From the NCBI GenBank assembly GCA_030390025.1, contig CM059425.1, positions 178,252,001 to 178,316,000 of the forward strand: a stretch of DNA of 64,000 nucleotides, written 5' to 3'. The stretch comes from Squalus acanthias. Taxonomy: Eukaryota. The notes under the pieces are model-generated. The model was given only the letters and a program-made list of their open reading frames with translations. It made no database searches and was not told the DNA's origin. Each line of letters opens with the position of its first letter. The first letter of the stretch is position 1. Made by a program: the position numbers and the translations under genes. Positions 1 through 12,404 of this stretch are shown here, one piece after another.

Positions 1-622
1 TACAGGAACAGGGATACCTTGCTGCAGCTGTACAGGGCACTGGTGAGACCACACCTTGAGTACTGTGTACAGTTTTGGTCGCCTCATCTGAGGAAAGATG
101 TTCTTGCCATGGAGGGGGTGCAGCGGCGATTCACCAGGCTGATACCAGGAATGGCGGGATTGACCTATGAGGAGAGACTATGTAGTTTAGGGATGTACAC
201 ACTGGAGTTTAGAAGATTGAGAGGGGACCTCATAGAAGTGTATAAAATTCTGACAGGTCTAGACAGATTAGATGCAGAAGGAATGTTTCCCTTGGCAGGT
301 GAGAACAGAACTAGAGGACATAATTTAAGGATAAGGGCTAAACCATTTAGGACAGAAATGAGGGGGAATTTCTTCACTCAGAGAGTGGTGAACCTGTGGA
401 ACTCATTGCCACAGAGGGCAGTGTACGCCAGCTCATTAAATATATTTAAGAGGGAATTAGATATATTTCTACAGGCAAAAGGGGTTAAGGGTTACGGAGA
501 GAAGGCGGGGACGGGATACTGAATTGAAGGATCAGCCATGATCTCATTAAATGGCGGAGCAGGCTCGAAGGGCCGGATGGCCTACTCCTGCTCCTATCTT
601 CTATGTATCTATGTATCTATGT
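1..622 (+). mobile_element. CR1-clade LINE, 3' part (ORF2 C-terminus, 3'UTR, (CTATGTAT)n tail)
   Basis: ORF 19-522 has LVRPHLEYCVQFWSP...RGDLIEVYKIL...FFTQRVVNLWNSLP, typical of the CR1 ORF2 C-terminus. An 8-mer repeat tail lies at ~601-622. Confidence 0.92.
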
Positions 623-1780
623 CTTCCTTTTTCCTCAACCGAGGATTCCCCTCTACCGTGGTCGACACGGCCCTCGACCGTGTCCGTTCTATCTCCCGCA
701 CATCTGCCCTCACCCCTGCCCCTCCCTCCCGGAACCACGATAGGGTTCCCCTTGTCCTCACCTTTCACCCCACCAGCCTCCACATTCAACGGATCATCCT
801 CCGCCATTTCCGCCACCTCCAGCGTGATCCCACCACCAAACACATCTTCCCCTCACCTCCCCTTTCAGCATTCCGCAGGGACCGCTCCCTCCGCGACACC
901 CTAGTCCACTCCTCTACCACCCCCAGCACCCCTTCCCCTTCGCCCGGCACCTTCCCGTGCACGCGCAGGAGATGCAACACATGCCCTTATACCTCCCCTC
1001 TTCCCACTGTCCAGGGCCCCAAACACCCCTTCCAGGTGAAACAGCGATTTACTTGTACTTCCTGCAATTTAGTATACTGTATTCGCTGCTCACGATGTGG
1101 ACTCCTCTACATTGGGGAGACCAAACGCAGATTGGGTGACCGCTTTGCGGAACACCTCCGTTCAGTCCGTAAGGGGGACCCCGAGCTCCCGGTGGCCTGT
1201 CACTTTAATTCACCGCTTCACTCCCACTCTGACCTCACCGTCCTCGGCCTAATACACTGTTCCACGGAAGCTCAGCGTAAGCTCGAGGAACAGCACCTCA
1301 TCTTTCGTTTAGGCACGCTACAGCCCTCTGGACTCAATATCGAGTTCAACAATTTTAGATCATAACCTCAGCTCCAATCACATTTATATTTTATTTTATC
1401 CACCCTTTTATTTGTCCCCCCCACCTTTTTTTTTTCCTCCTAGAAGCTGGCAGCTGTCCTTCATTCTGCCAGTAGATTTCACACTTCATTCAGCCTTAAT
1501 CTGTCACATTAACACCACCTCTAGCCTTGCATATCTCTTAATGTCTCTTAATGTCTCTTCATCTCCTCCTTTGTTCCTTTATCCCCTCCCCCTTTTCCCA
1601 GCTTTACCCTGGCCTTAAATCTATTTGATTTCCAGCTCTTCCCAGTTCTGATGAAAGGTCATCGACCTGAAACGTCAACTCTCTTTCTCTCTCCACGGAT
1701 GCTGCCTGGCCTGCTGAGTTTTTCCAGCGTTTTCTGTTGTTATTTCGGATTTCCAGCATCTGCAGTATTTTGCTATCGTT
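623..1780 (+). mobile_element. Penelope-like element (Neptune-type), 3' part: linker, GIY-YIG endonuclease and pLTR
   Basis: Open frame to 1365 with linker Cys motif PCTRRRCNTC and GIY-YIG motif NLVYCIRCSRCGLLYIGETKRRLGDRFAEH ending GLN. A pLTR-like 3' region containing a hammerhead motif follows. Confidence 0.9.
1644..1680 (+). ncRNA. Minimal type I hammerhead ribozyme in the Penelope pLTR
   Basis: AGTT-CTGATGA-A-AGGTC-ATC-GACCT-GAAAC-GTC-AACT. It has both core boxes, a 5-bp stem II, stem I (AGTT/AACT), a palindromic ACGT stem III and a GUC triplet. Confidence 0.8.
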
Positions 1781-2316
1781 ATAATAATGAAATCCTATGT
1801 ATGTGAACTGGATACTGTAATATACACAGATTCCCACGTTTGCTTCTCCTGTCTTCTGAAAGATAGACTGACGAATACTCTGGTGAATTAAGTCCAATTA
1901 TAAACTAACAGGCTGATCTATTGTCTTGAATGGCTGAAAGACCTTCCATTGTCTCAAGATGTAGTGCTGGGCAAGAAGCCTTCACTAACCAGTTTGTCCA
2001 GGTGTAATTCACTTTTCCAGCATGTGGTTATTTGTGCATTTAATTGCTGGTGAGCTAAAGTTAACTAAATTGAAGTAATATTTTAATATAAATTACACCA
2101 ACATCTTTCAGTTGAAAAATAATCAACAAATCACAGAACAAGACAGTTATTAAAAAGCATTTTTTGTTAATTGCTTTTTAACCCGTTATGATGGGAGCAA
2201 GACCGAGTAGCATTAGAAGTTCACTTTTTCGCATGTTTCTTTCTACCACCGATCTTCCTCACTTGTTTGCTCCAAATCCTTTTTTCATTATACGTCACAC
2301 TCGGTGAAAAATATAT

Positions 2317-2367
2317 CCAAACTCTTAGTTTTAAAATAGATCCCAAACTCTTAGTTTTAAAATAGAT
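2317..2367. repeat. Perfect 2-copy tandem duplication, period 26
   Basis: CCAAACTCTTAGTTTTAAAATAGAT at 2317-2341 and 2343-2367. Confidence 0.9.
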
Positions 2368-2655
2368 TTGTTTTGATGTAATTGTGTGTCTTATGGTGTG
2401 GAGACATCAGTTATTAAGGTTTTCAATGAATTTTCACCATCAGCAAAGAAAACATCTGAACTCACAGCATGATCCATCTCTTGCTCTGCCCCTAATCTAC
2501 CCCATCCTGTTTTAGATGGGCAAAAGTTAGCAATCTTGTAAGTACATAGGTATAAATTTACAGAATTGTAAAAATCCTAAAATGTGTCAGTCTTGGCGCA
2601 GTGGTAGCACTCTTGCCTCTGAGTCAGAAGATCATGGGTTCAAGCTCCACTCAGA

Positions 2656-3186
2656 GGGCTGGATTTTGATACTGGGGCGGGTTGGGGTCGTGTCATCCAC
2701 TTTTCGTGTTATCCACCCGACTGCAATTGGATGTGGGAGATTGATGCGATTTTCACCTAATTGGGCAATTGAGTTCCAGCGTTTTCAGTCTGAAAATCGC
2801 CTCTGATGATGTCATCATTGCTGCTGCATTGAAGGTCTGCAAACACTGCCTGCCCTTTGCTGTGTGAGGACCTGGATACAAAATGAGCAGCAGCAGCCCT
2901 AAGTCTGCTCCCAGATATTTTTGCACCACCACTCCCAGATATGTCTCCTCCTCATCCATCCATCCAGATATGTCTCCTCCTCATCCATATATGCCAGCCA
3001 GCCAAATGAGCTACCGCCAGGTTTCACATTTGTGGTTCAGAACAGGCGTGCTTCACGTAGAAAAAGGGTTAAAATCACAAAGGCCTTTCAAAATGGCATT
3101 ATAGAGGCAATTTAGTGCTTGTTAAGGGCCTTAACAGCCTATCCCGCCTCCAAACCCACCTCCACGGGTCAATGAAAATCCAGCCC
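2656..3186. mobile_element. PIF/Harbinger-type non-autonomous element (MITE)
   Basis: Perfect 12-bp TIR GGGCTGGATTTT/AAAATCCAGCCC with 3-bp TSD AGA (2653-2655, 3187-3189). Confidence 0.88.
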
Positions 3187-3386
3187 AGAGACTTTAGCAA
3201 ATCTAGTCTGACACTTCAGTGCAGTACTGAGGGAGTGCTGCACTGTTGAATGTGTTGTTTATTGGATGAGATATTAAACCAAGGCCCTGCCTGCCCTCTC
3301 AGGTGGATGTAAAAGATTCCATGGCACTATTTGAAGAAGAGCAGGGGAGGTGTCCGAGCCAACATTTATCCCTCAATCACCACCAC

Positions 3387-3590
3387 TTCCTGGAGACCCA
3401 CTATCTGGATGGACAAGTGAAGATGATCAAGGAGCTTGGAGATCACATCACCAACTTGTAGAGACTGAGATCTCTGCCTTATAGGCAATGATGGCTTGTG
3501 ACTTTGTGCGGAGGGCTGGGATTTGGGCTCTGTAATGTCATTTACTGTAAATAAAATGTTCAAATTTTAAAATTTAAAAAAAATTTAAAA
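3387..3590 (+). pseudogene. 5'-truncated processed ferritin (H/M-type) retrocopy fragment
   Basis: From 3387 it translates [26 protein letters not shown], matching the ferritin C-terminal region. AATAAA at 3550-3555, A-rich tail, TSD AATCACCAC(C/T)ACT. Confidence 0.85.
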
Positions 3591-3919
3591 AATCACCACT
3601 ACTAAGAAGCAGATTATCTGGTCATTTACCTCATTGGTGTTTGTGGGACCTTGCTCTTATGCAAACTCACTGCTGCATTTGCCTACATCACAACAGTGAC
3701 ACGTGACTGTGAAGCACTTTTGGATGTTAAAGACACTGTATAAACACAGGTTCTTTCTTTCTTAACAACTATTCCCACATTTATAATGGTGCTCTTGCTA
3801 AGATGGGGAATGTATCTTAACCCCTGTCTGATTCTCTTGTCACTTAATGTTTTTTTTCAACCTTTAATGCCTCCTAATGGTTCTATATTCTTGGATTGAG
3901 TTACACTTGGCTGTATCAT

Positions 3920-3936
3920 GCTGCCACCTCGTGGTA
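3920..3936 (-). promoter_or_regulatory. Candidate CTCF site
   Basis: Minus strand reads TACCACGAGGTGGCAGC, close to the CTCF core motif. Motif match only. Confidence 0.4.
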
Positions 3937-5168
3937 CTATGTTACTAAAGCAATGAATCTTAGCGAAAAGGGAATGGAGGGGTCTCTGAGCAGGAGAAAT
4001 CTTCATGTTGTTCCAATCGTTCCTAGAATTCGGAAAGAGGAATTAGTTCATGTTTAACACTGATCTGAGCATTTGTCAGAAAAAAAGAATAAAAAGGCTA
4101 ACAAAAGTAAGAAAAAATCTGACTAAGATCGTGTCTAAAAATCATCATTGATGAATTTATACAGCATTTTTGCAGCTGCACCGTAAAATAAAGAAACCTT
4201 TTACACCAGGGCAGACCTGGCGTTGAATCACCAAGTGGAAACAGTAGTTGTTTCCTCCACCATTGCATTATGGCTTTTTAGCAGCTGATCTTTTGCTCGC
4301 CCGAGGGGCGCTTTCTAATTGAGAGGCTGATTGCCGTGTATAATTGGTCCTGAGAGTCTTGATAGGAAGATAGGATGATTCCCCTGTGTACTCGGTGCTG
4401 AGAGCCAGGGGATTGATTAAGTGCGCGCAGAATTGGTTGGCTCGTGGTCAGGTGCGGTTTCATTGGCAATGGTTATTTGGGTGTGATTGACGGGCAGAGT
4501 TAAGCGGTGATTGTTGGATGGAGATAAGCGATGGAAGACAAAGTGAGAGAGCACGAAGTGATCAAGAAGTTAATTATTTTATTCAAATAATTAATGTATA
4601 AAAACAAACTGCACAGGGACATTAAATTCTCGGTATTTTTACATGCTATTTTATAAACACTGTTGAGGATTAGAGTACCAATCATTACGATTACTACAGG
4701 TTTGGATTGTTAAGAGTCTGGAGTCGTGTGTGCAGGTCTATTGGTTAATTGTAAAACAATCTCTGTTGCATTAAGTGGCTCCTCAAATGTCTGGCACTTA
4801 CCTAGCCAATTGGTGAAGTATTGTGCATTGAACCGACAGAGGTTATTTTGTGTGAACAGTTAAAGGTTAGCAAACACTTTTTTTCGTTTAGAAGTGCACA
4901 ATCTATAAAAGCTAATGCTAATTGCAGTGTTTTTGAATTATTCTTGTTCAAGCCACAAGTTATGTCTTGAAGCAGTTTTCCTCTGGTTAATTTGTTATTG
5001 AGAAAATTAGAGACACTGGTTCTAAAGTAAACAATGAAAACTAAAGCTTTAATTTTCAAGTATGGTATTATCAACAGGTTATCCAGAAGAATAGCTGATG
5101 ATCAATGTGAAAGTTTGTGATCTTAACAAGTCTATCCCTTAACAAGCTTCTGCTTCAACTAATTGATC

Positions 5169-5820
5169 AACAACAACTTGTGTTTATATAGTGCCTTTAA
5201 TGTAGTAAAACATCCCAAGGCACTTCACAGGAGTGTTATAAGACACAACATTTGACACCAAGCCACATAAAGAGAAATTAGAGCAGATGACCAAAAGAGG
5301 TATGTTTTAAGGAGCGTCTTAAAGGAGGAAAGAGAGCTAAGAGAGGCTTAGGCAGGGAATTCCTGAGCTTAGGGCCTTGGCAACAGAGGGCACGGCCACC
5401 AATGGTTGAGCGATTATAATCAGGGATGCTCAGGAGGGCAGAATTAGAGGAACTTAGATATCGCAGGGGACGCCCTGGAAGAGATTGGAGATAGGGAGGG
5501 GTGAGGCCATGGAGGAATTTGAAAACCAGGATGAGAATTTTGAAATTGAGGTGTTGCTTAACTGTAGTTCAGCGAGCACAGGGGTGATGGGTGAACGGGA
5601 CTTGGTGCGAGTCAGGACACGGGCAGCAGCGTTTTGGATGACCTCAAGTTTACGGAGGGTAGAACGTGGGAGGCCAGCCAGGAGTGCGTTGGAACAGTCG
5701 AGTCTGGAGGTAACAAATGCATGGATGACGGTTTCAGCAGCAGATGAGCTGAGGCAGGGGTGGAGACAGGCGATTTACAGAGGTGGAAATAGGTGGTCTT
5801 AGTTATGCCGTGGATATGTG
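5169..5820 (-). mobile_element. L2-clade LINE, 3' fragment
   Basis: Minus strand encodes HAFVTSRLDCSNALLAGLP...IQNAAARVLT and ends in an L2-type tail with (GTT)n. Confidence 0.85.
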
Positions 5821-6790
5821 GAACACAAAATATATTTGGAACACAATATCCTTGTGAACTAAATCTAAATGTTCCCACTGTGCTTTATATTTAAGAGCCA
5901 TATCTGCATGCCAACCTGTCACTGATCTCTCACTCACATGATACTTTTCAGTTACTTCTTCAAGAGGTAAATTTATTCACCCTTTTATTGTGCTGCCCAT
6001 GAATCAATTCTAGCATGGAACCTATCCTAAAGAAGAGTTTATTTTATCTTTAGAGCAATTCTGAGCACAATTTACAGGTTTTTTTTTGCAATACTAAAAG
6101 GCATTGTGTCCTTCTGTATGGCTTGATAGGGTAAATACAAAAAAGGACAAGTAAAAAGTAGCTGGTCCATCAATCCTGTCTAGCGAGGGTGTTTACACTT
6201 TTGAAAATAATGTAAGATGGTTTATCATATTTAACTTGCTGTACTTCTTGCTTGTAAGTGCATTTTATACAATGAAGACCATCTCAATCATGCTGGACAT
6301 CCATCAATAATTTACTTGTTTCAATATCAACAACTAAAAGAGCCTTCACCTTCACCTTTCCAATCAGTTAGCTTGTAACTATCGGTCAGGTTTTCCTCAA
6401 TCTCTCTCTTCCTTTCCTTCCTTGCAGCTTTTCCCTACCCCATTGAGAATGAAAAGTTCAACTTAAAAGGAAGTCATGCTTTAACTCCCAAGTAGTGAGT
6501 TCCTTTGTGTTTTGTGTTCAGTCACAATTAATCACTCACTCTGACCAACTGTCCAAGTACATACAGCCTTACCAACACTTTTTAAAGTGTGTCTGTCAGA
6601 TATCGATGTATGAAATATTGTGTGAACAGAATATAAATTGAAACATCTAAAGCTCAAAAATATTTTTTTGAAGTACTGATTAGGAGATCAGTGTCATGAT
6701 GGTCTTTCTGAAGAGGTTTAACTGTTTGTTGCTCTTTCTTGTGCTTGCTTTTGTAAATCTCTTTTTAATAGATTTGTTTTAAATCCAGGA

Positions 6791-6943
6791 ATGTCTGTCA
6801 TGAGTCATGGAGCACAGATACTTGAAGTGAGCACTTATAACCAAGAAAGGATGACATTAAATATTCAAAATCTTTCCATGAACACCAGAAAGAGATCGTT
6901 GCAAGAGGAAAATATATCTGATACACAAGCCCAAAAGAAAATG
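6791..6943 (+). CDS. ARL14EPL: ARL14 effector protein-like, first coding exon (51 aa)
   Basis: Open frame MSVMSHG...TQAQKKM after a polypyrimidine/AG acceptor. Phase-0 GT donor at 6944, in frame with the next exon. Weakly conserved, so the start codon is inferred. Confidence 0.7.
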
Positions 6944-8280
6944 GTATGAAAGGAAAGGTTGGCTATGGCCCCTTTTAAGATGTATTGGTTGTGCTTTTGC
7001 ATGAAGTTTGGACTTCATATATCACTGCAACATAAGGTGGAGAACCAGGAAAATAGGTGGATTACTGTTTTTAATGCTGGAATCATATGTTTTTCCCCAT
7101 TGTTTCTGTGGGTTGTGGCCTGGGTTGTATTGCTATGAGTCATTACCAGGATTTTAATAGAATAGTTTGGAGATCTGTGACCGGAACTGTGGATCCCATT
7201 CACTAATGGCTTAAGCATTGGAGTAAACACCCCAACTGGAGTACACTGAATAAACTTGCAGTAGAATTTGAGGGACGGGGCACTGAAGAGGTAGAACTGG
7301 GTTGGGCGGGGAGGGTGATAGTTGATTCTGTACACTACTTCCTGATGGTAACCAGGATGATGAGTGCTTTTTACACTTTTTTTCCAAGCTAGGCATCGAA
7401 GATTGCTGGGTGCTGAGCTATATTAGGTTAAGTTTGCTTAAAGACAGGGTAATTTCTCGACTGCTTTGCTTGTGTGTCTTTTTTTTCCTGTTGTCACTTG
7501 GGTTTTAAGGAGTATTTGTGACCTTTGTAGTGCTGATTCTTCCCAGCCCCTGGTTGCTTCAAGTTTGTTAGTGGGGATGAGGTTTTGGAGGATGAAGATG
7601 AACTGAGGGATGTCAGGCAGGTCTTGTTGCATCAGATGCTCTATGCCCACCTGCCAGTACCCTTGTATCTGTATCTATATAACCCCATATCTATGTACCT
7701 CACTTTCAGAGGATTAATGTGTGCAGAGGTTACTAATTCCCCAAGGGACACTGACAATTTTGCCTGTCACTTACTCCTTTGCCCCTTCAACCTTGGCAAA
7801 GGTGCTGAGCTATATACAGAATTAAGTTTAAACAGCCCATTAAGAAGACTGCCTAACGATAAAGCCATTTTCTGACTGGATTGCAACGCCTTTTCAAAGG
7901 CTGTGAAGAATTTTGGCCCCCTCTTCAGTCACTTCCTTCTAAATGCCCATATCCCTCTAAATTTCACCCAAATTGCAATTTTCTGGTCACACCACTAGGT
8001 TACCCCCTGTAAAGCTGCACTTGGAACTACAAATAAATTCTGATGTGCTGACCATGAAAAATTGCATGCAAACAGTATATTACACTACAGGTGAGTTCAC
8101 ACTTGCTTCTAGTCACTTATGATTCATCTGCACCTGCAATGGAAAATGTAGCCTCGCGTCAAGAATATTTCTCCCAATGTGTATCACAAGGTAGCTGGAT
8201 ATTCCAGTTTAGCATCCAGAGCAGAATGAAGCACCACTTTGCCAAATTGCATATCAGAGGTGTGTCCAGTATTCATATAT

Positions 8281-8496
8281 AAAACATAAGAATTAGGAGC
8301 AGGAGTAGACCATACGGTCCCTCGAGCCTGCTCCGCCATTCAATAAGATCATAGCTGACCTTCGGCCTCAGCTCCACTTTCCCACCTGATCCCCATATCC
8401 CTTGATTCCTCTAGAGTCCAAAAATGTATCTATCTCAGCCTTGAATATACTCAACGACTCGGCATCCACAGCCCTTTGGAGTAGAGAATTCCAAAG
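8281..8496 (-). mobile_element. CR1 LINE 3' stub
   Basis: Reverse complement of the CR1 3'UTR seen at ~400-620. Confidence 0.8.
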
Positions 8497-8532
8497 TTGT
8501 AACTGCAGATGTCATGACTTGAGTACTTTCTT

Positions 8533-8555
8533 CCCCCCCCCCCCCCCCCCCCCCC
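8533..8555. repeat. Poly-C homopolymer (~23 nt)
   Basis: Uninterrupted C run. Confidence 0.9.
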
Positions 8556-8789
8556 AATATAAATGTTAGTAAGCACTGTGTCAATCTTAAATTATGTTGC
8601 TCTGCACACATTTCCTAGGCAGTTTGTAAAATTTGTTTTCAGATTGCTTTATCATTTAAGGGAGAATGGAGCCAGACACTTTGTCCATACAGCTATGTAC
8701 TTTTTCAATAACCATAAACCTGAACTAAAATATTATATTTGAAACATGAATTATCTTTTATTGTAGATGTATCATTGAACATGTTTTGA

Positions 8790-8963
<174 letters not shown>

Positions 8964-9689
8964 TAAAATTCCTTCTAACATGATTTTCATAACCCCTTTT
9001 TATCTCTCAAAACTCTTCGTCCCCACCCTGAACTCCTGTTCAGTCTTGATTATTCGGTTTTGAAATTTGTGAGCTTTAATGTACGCACTTTTCTTTCCTT
9101 ATTTTCTAATTGTGCATGACCCAAACCAAATTTAACTACTTTATTTGCAGCAGTTTTGTCCCAGTACAACAGAACATTGTTTTTTGTATGTGCGAGTCAT
9201 TCTGTTTTGCAGAATGAGGTAAGGGTGATTACAACCAGATAATAAGTTGGTTTGCAAATAGTCTGCAAAAAAAGTTCTAGAACATCTGAGTATCCGTTTC
9301 AAGAAGTAATAATAGTGTCTGCCTCTTCTCAGCCTCCATAGCTGCTGGATTGTAACCAAAGGTAACCAATAAGTAATGTGCTGCCACGGAGTGTGTGCTT
9401 GTACCCACAATTGCAAAACTGCTGATCTCCACCAGTACAGAGTGATGGGTGGGATACTGAGCAAAGGTTAGGCATTTTGCTACAAGCAGGGAGGAAATAA
9501 TTGAGGCAAGCGACCCCATGTGCACAACACTTCGCAGCAAGTTAAGAGCAACATTGTTGCAAGTCTGGGAGCAAGTTACCCACCTACTCTTGTGGCTGCT
9601 TGAGAATGATGAGAAGAAATACCTCAGAGGAAGTCTTGGTTGATATATCAACTCAAAATGGAGCATTCCTGTTGATGGCTGGTGATTAT

Positions 9690-10432
9690 GGCCCAGAAAT
9701 TGCTGGAAAAATAATGGCAAGTTCATGGTACCCGCCATTATTGGTGCATTTTAAAACCCAGCAATTTGCGGTGTAGAGATGCACCATGAGTTCTGATTCA
9801 CCACAAATTGCTGTACGATTTGCACCACTCTCCCATTAGCCTCGCCAAAACCAAGAAAATTACCATCTCACTGTGAGCCTCCCCATTGTGTGTCATGAAA
9901 TTGCTGTATTTACCGTTAATACAAATAAATCTTGCCGTAGCCATTCAGGGTTGATCATTCATGTCACTAGGACCCTTTTAATGATGTGATTCATGGTCCT
10001 AACTTGCCACTCAACCTCCTTGGAGGCCTAGAAAGGGAACAATTAAACAGTGGAGTCTCGCTCCCGCAGGTTTCAAGAGGTTTTTTACATTTTTTTTCCT
10101 CTTTCTGTCTCTTGTTTCTCTCTTTTTAATCCAACCTTGCTTTCTCTCTCTTTCTTTATTTCTGTATCTAATTTGACTCTAAATCACCCTATTTCAGTCT
10201 CTGTCGTTCGTTCCGTTTCTTTCTCTATTAATTTCATTGGTTAAGGAAATAGCCTATCGGATCCGATGTTCATGATGTCCTAGTTGCCTCGTTGACATCG
10301 CCGCGCTGTTATCAATTCACATCTCCAGCTCTTTGCAGCGCACAAATAATATGATCTGAAGGGTGAGATGAAAAAAAAATCCAATTAGCAGTGCTTGCCA
10401 TGGGATGTGCCACTCCAGCAATTTTTTGGGCC
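9690..10432. mobile_element. Harbinger-type non-autonomous element in an ARL14EPL intron
   Basis: TIR GGCCCAGAAATTGCTGGA / TCCAGCAATTTTTTGGGCC, flanked by TAT/AAT. Confidence 0.75.
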
Positions 10433-10527
10433 AATATTAATGATTGTACAATCTGGTGAGAGAGGCTATGTTGCTGGGTTTTTGTATAATTTTAAAATGT
10501 GTTCTGAAATATTTTTCTCTAAATTAG

Positions 10528-10756
10528 TGCTGTTGGGCAGAGAAAATATGACAACACCGGAAGGCTGCTTCTCAATGGCATAGACCTATGTGACTGTCTG
10601 GATGAAGATTGCCCTGGCTGTTTCTATCCCTGCGCCAAATGCAGTTCTTGGAAATGTGGCTCTATATGTCGCTGCAACAGGAAATGGATCTATGATGGAA
10701 TTGAAACTGAAGGAAGTGATATTGTGAAAAAGTTCCCAAATTTGGATTTCAACTGA
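10528..10756 (+). CDS. ARL14EPL: ARL14 effector protein-like, last coding exon (Cys-rich domain)
   Basis: [52 protein letters not shown]. Acceptor AG at 10526-10527 is phase-compatible. TGA at 10754-10756. Confidence 0.94.
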
Positions 10757-10772
10757 ACTTGTACAGGTGTGA

Positions 10773-11549
10773 ATAGAGTCACAGAAATTTTCAGCCCATC
10801 ATGTCTGTGCCGGCCGAAGAGCTATCTAGCCTAATCCCACTTTCCAGTTCTTGGTCCGTAGCCCTGTAGGTTACGGCACTTCAAGTGCAAATTCAAGTAC
10901 TTTTTAAATGCAATTGAGGGTTTCTGCCTCTATCACCCTTTCAGGCAGTGAGTTCCAGACGCCACCACCCTCTGGGTGAAAAAGTTCTCCTCAACTCCCC
11001 TCTAATCCCTTCTACCAATTACTTTGAATCTATGCCCCTGGTTATTGACCTCTCTGCTAAGGGAAATAGGTCTTTCCAATCCACTCCACTCGATCTAGGC
11101 CCCTCATGATTTTATACGCCTCAATTAAATCTTCCCTCAGCCTTCTCTGTTCCAAAGAAAACAATCCCAGCCTATCCAATCTTTCCTCATAGCTAAAGTT
11201 CTCCAGTCCTGGCAATATCCTCTTAAATCTCCTCTGTACCCTCTCTAGTGCAATCACATCTTTCCTGTAATGTGCTGACCAGAACTGTACTCTAGCTGGG
11301 GTCTAACTAGTGTTTTATACAGTTCAAGCATAACCTCCCTGCTCTTGAATTCTCTGCCTCGGCTAATAAAGGAAAGTATCCCGTATGCCGCCTTAACCAC
11401 CTTATCTACCTGTCTTTCTACCTTTTGCAGGGATCTGCGGATGTGAACTCCGAGGTCCTTCTGTTCCTCTACACTTCTCAGTATCCTACCATTTATTGTG
11501 TATCCCGTTGCCTTGTTACCCTGCCCCAAATGCATTGCCTCGCACTTCT
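10773..11549 (-). mobile_element. CR1 LINE 3' fragment, antisense, just after the ARL14EPL stop
   Basis: ORFs 11057-11257 and 11254-11535 are CR1 ORF2 C-terminal pieces. Confidence 0.9.
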
Positions 11550-12404
11550 AAGTTGTACAGTAATGTAATTTTTAAGTTAACAATTTTTGTTTTTTAGTTG
11601 ATGTGCATAAGATGATTTGCAGAAATCTTCAATTCTCTTCTATAGTAACATTAATTTCTACATTTGTGTCTGTGATGCACATTAAACTGAACTCGTTAAC
11701 TTGTCAATAGTATCTGTTGGTACAATTCAGGTAATCATTTCTACCTTAGCATTGTAGATTTTGACTGGTACATAGTGATTAAACTTTCAGTAAAATTAAA
11801 TATTGAGTAAAGAATGCTTCTCAAAAACTTCTTTTATTCTGGGTACCATTTTTGTTTAAACATAAAATTGGCCTAAAAGTATAGGTTCATGAACAAATTG
11901 TGTTATACAATGAAGCCTCGACATGAGTTTCTGATTTTTACTTAGAGGGAAGACCAAGGAATGGGGGTAAAGGAGAAGCAATCTAAGAATGTTCTCAACC
12001 TAATGCTGGCCCCAAGATGTTGCATCAAAACAGTTCAATTGTGGCATAGCAGAACAAGCTGCCTGTCCAGTCCTTTGATTTGGAGGGTGCTGGAAGTGGG
12101 TAAAGAGGAAGCAAAAAAATGATAATACGCATTATTTCATTTTTTTTGGTGTCATTATCAAAGGCCACTTGTACATTTCCTGCAAATTTAGATATCTTTA
12201 ACATAAACCTGTAATTAATCTAAGTAAAAATAGTCTTATTCTGCATGCTTTCCTGTCCTGCTATAAAGAACATCTGCTGAAGGAGTTGACATGCTTCTCA
12301 ATGGGTGAATTTATTTGATTTTGGTACATATAGTTGTTTTCTGTTAATTGATGTCAGCAGTGTTTTAAAATTCTGGGCATAGCTGCGAATATGGGCCCTG
12401 AATT

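Larger units (their letters stand above)
2584..3765 (+). mobile_element. tRNA-headed Deu-domain SINE interrupted by two insertions
   Basis: A box TGGCGCAGTGG and B box GGTTCAAGC. Deu-like core GGATGAGATATTAAACCAAGGCCC...GTAAAAGATTCCATGGCACT. L2-like tail ending TCTTTCTTTC. Confidence 0.75.

Noticed and set aside
538..1365. 275-aa ORF as a novel nuclease gene
   Set aside because: The first ~28 codons come from the CR1 3'UTR and tail. The rest is a Penelope ORF fragment, so the fusion is a chance in-frame junction.
2590..2655. tRNA gene (also 30215-30280)
   Set aside because: A and B boxes are present, but there is no convincing cloverleaf and both continue into retroelement bodies.
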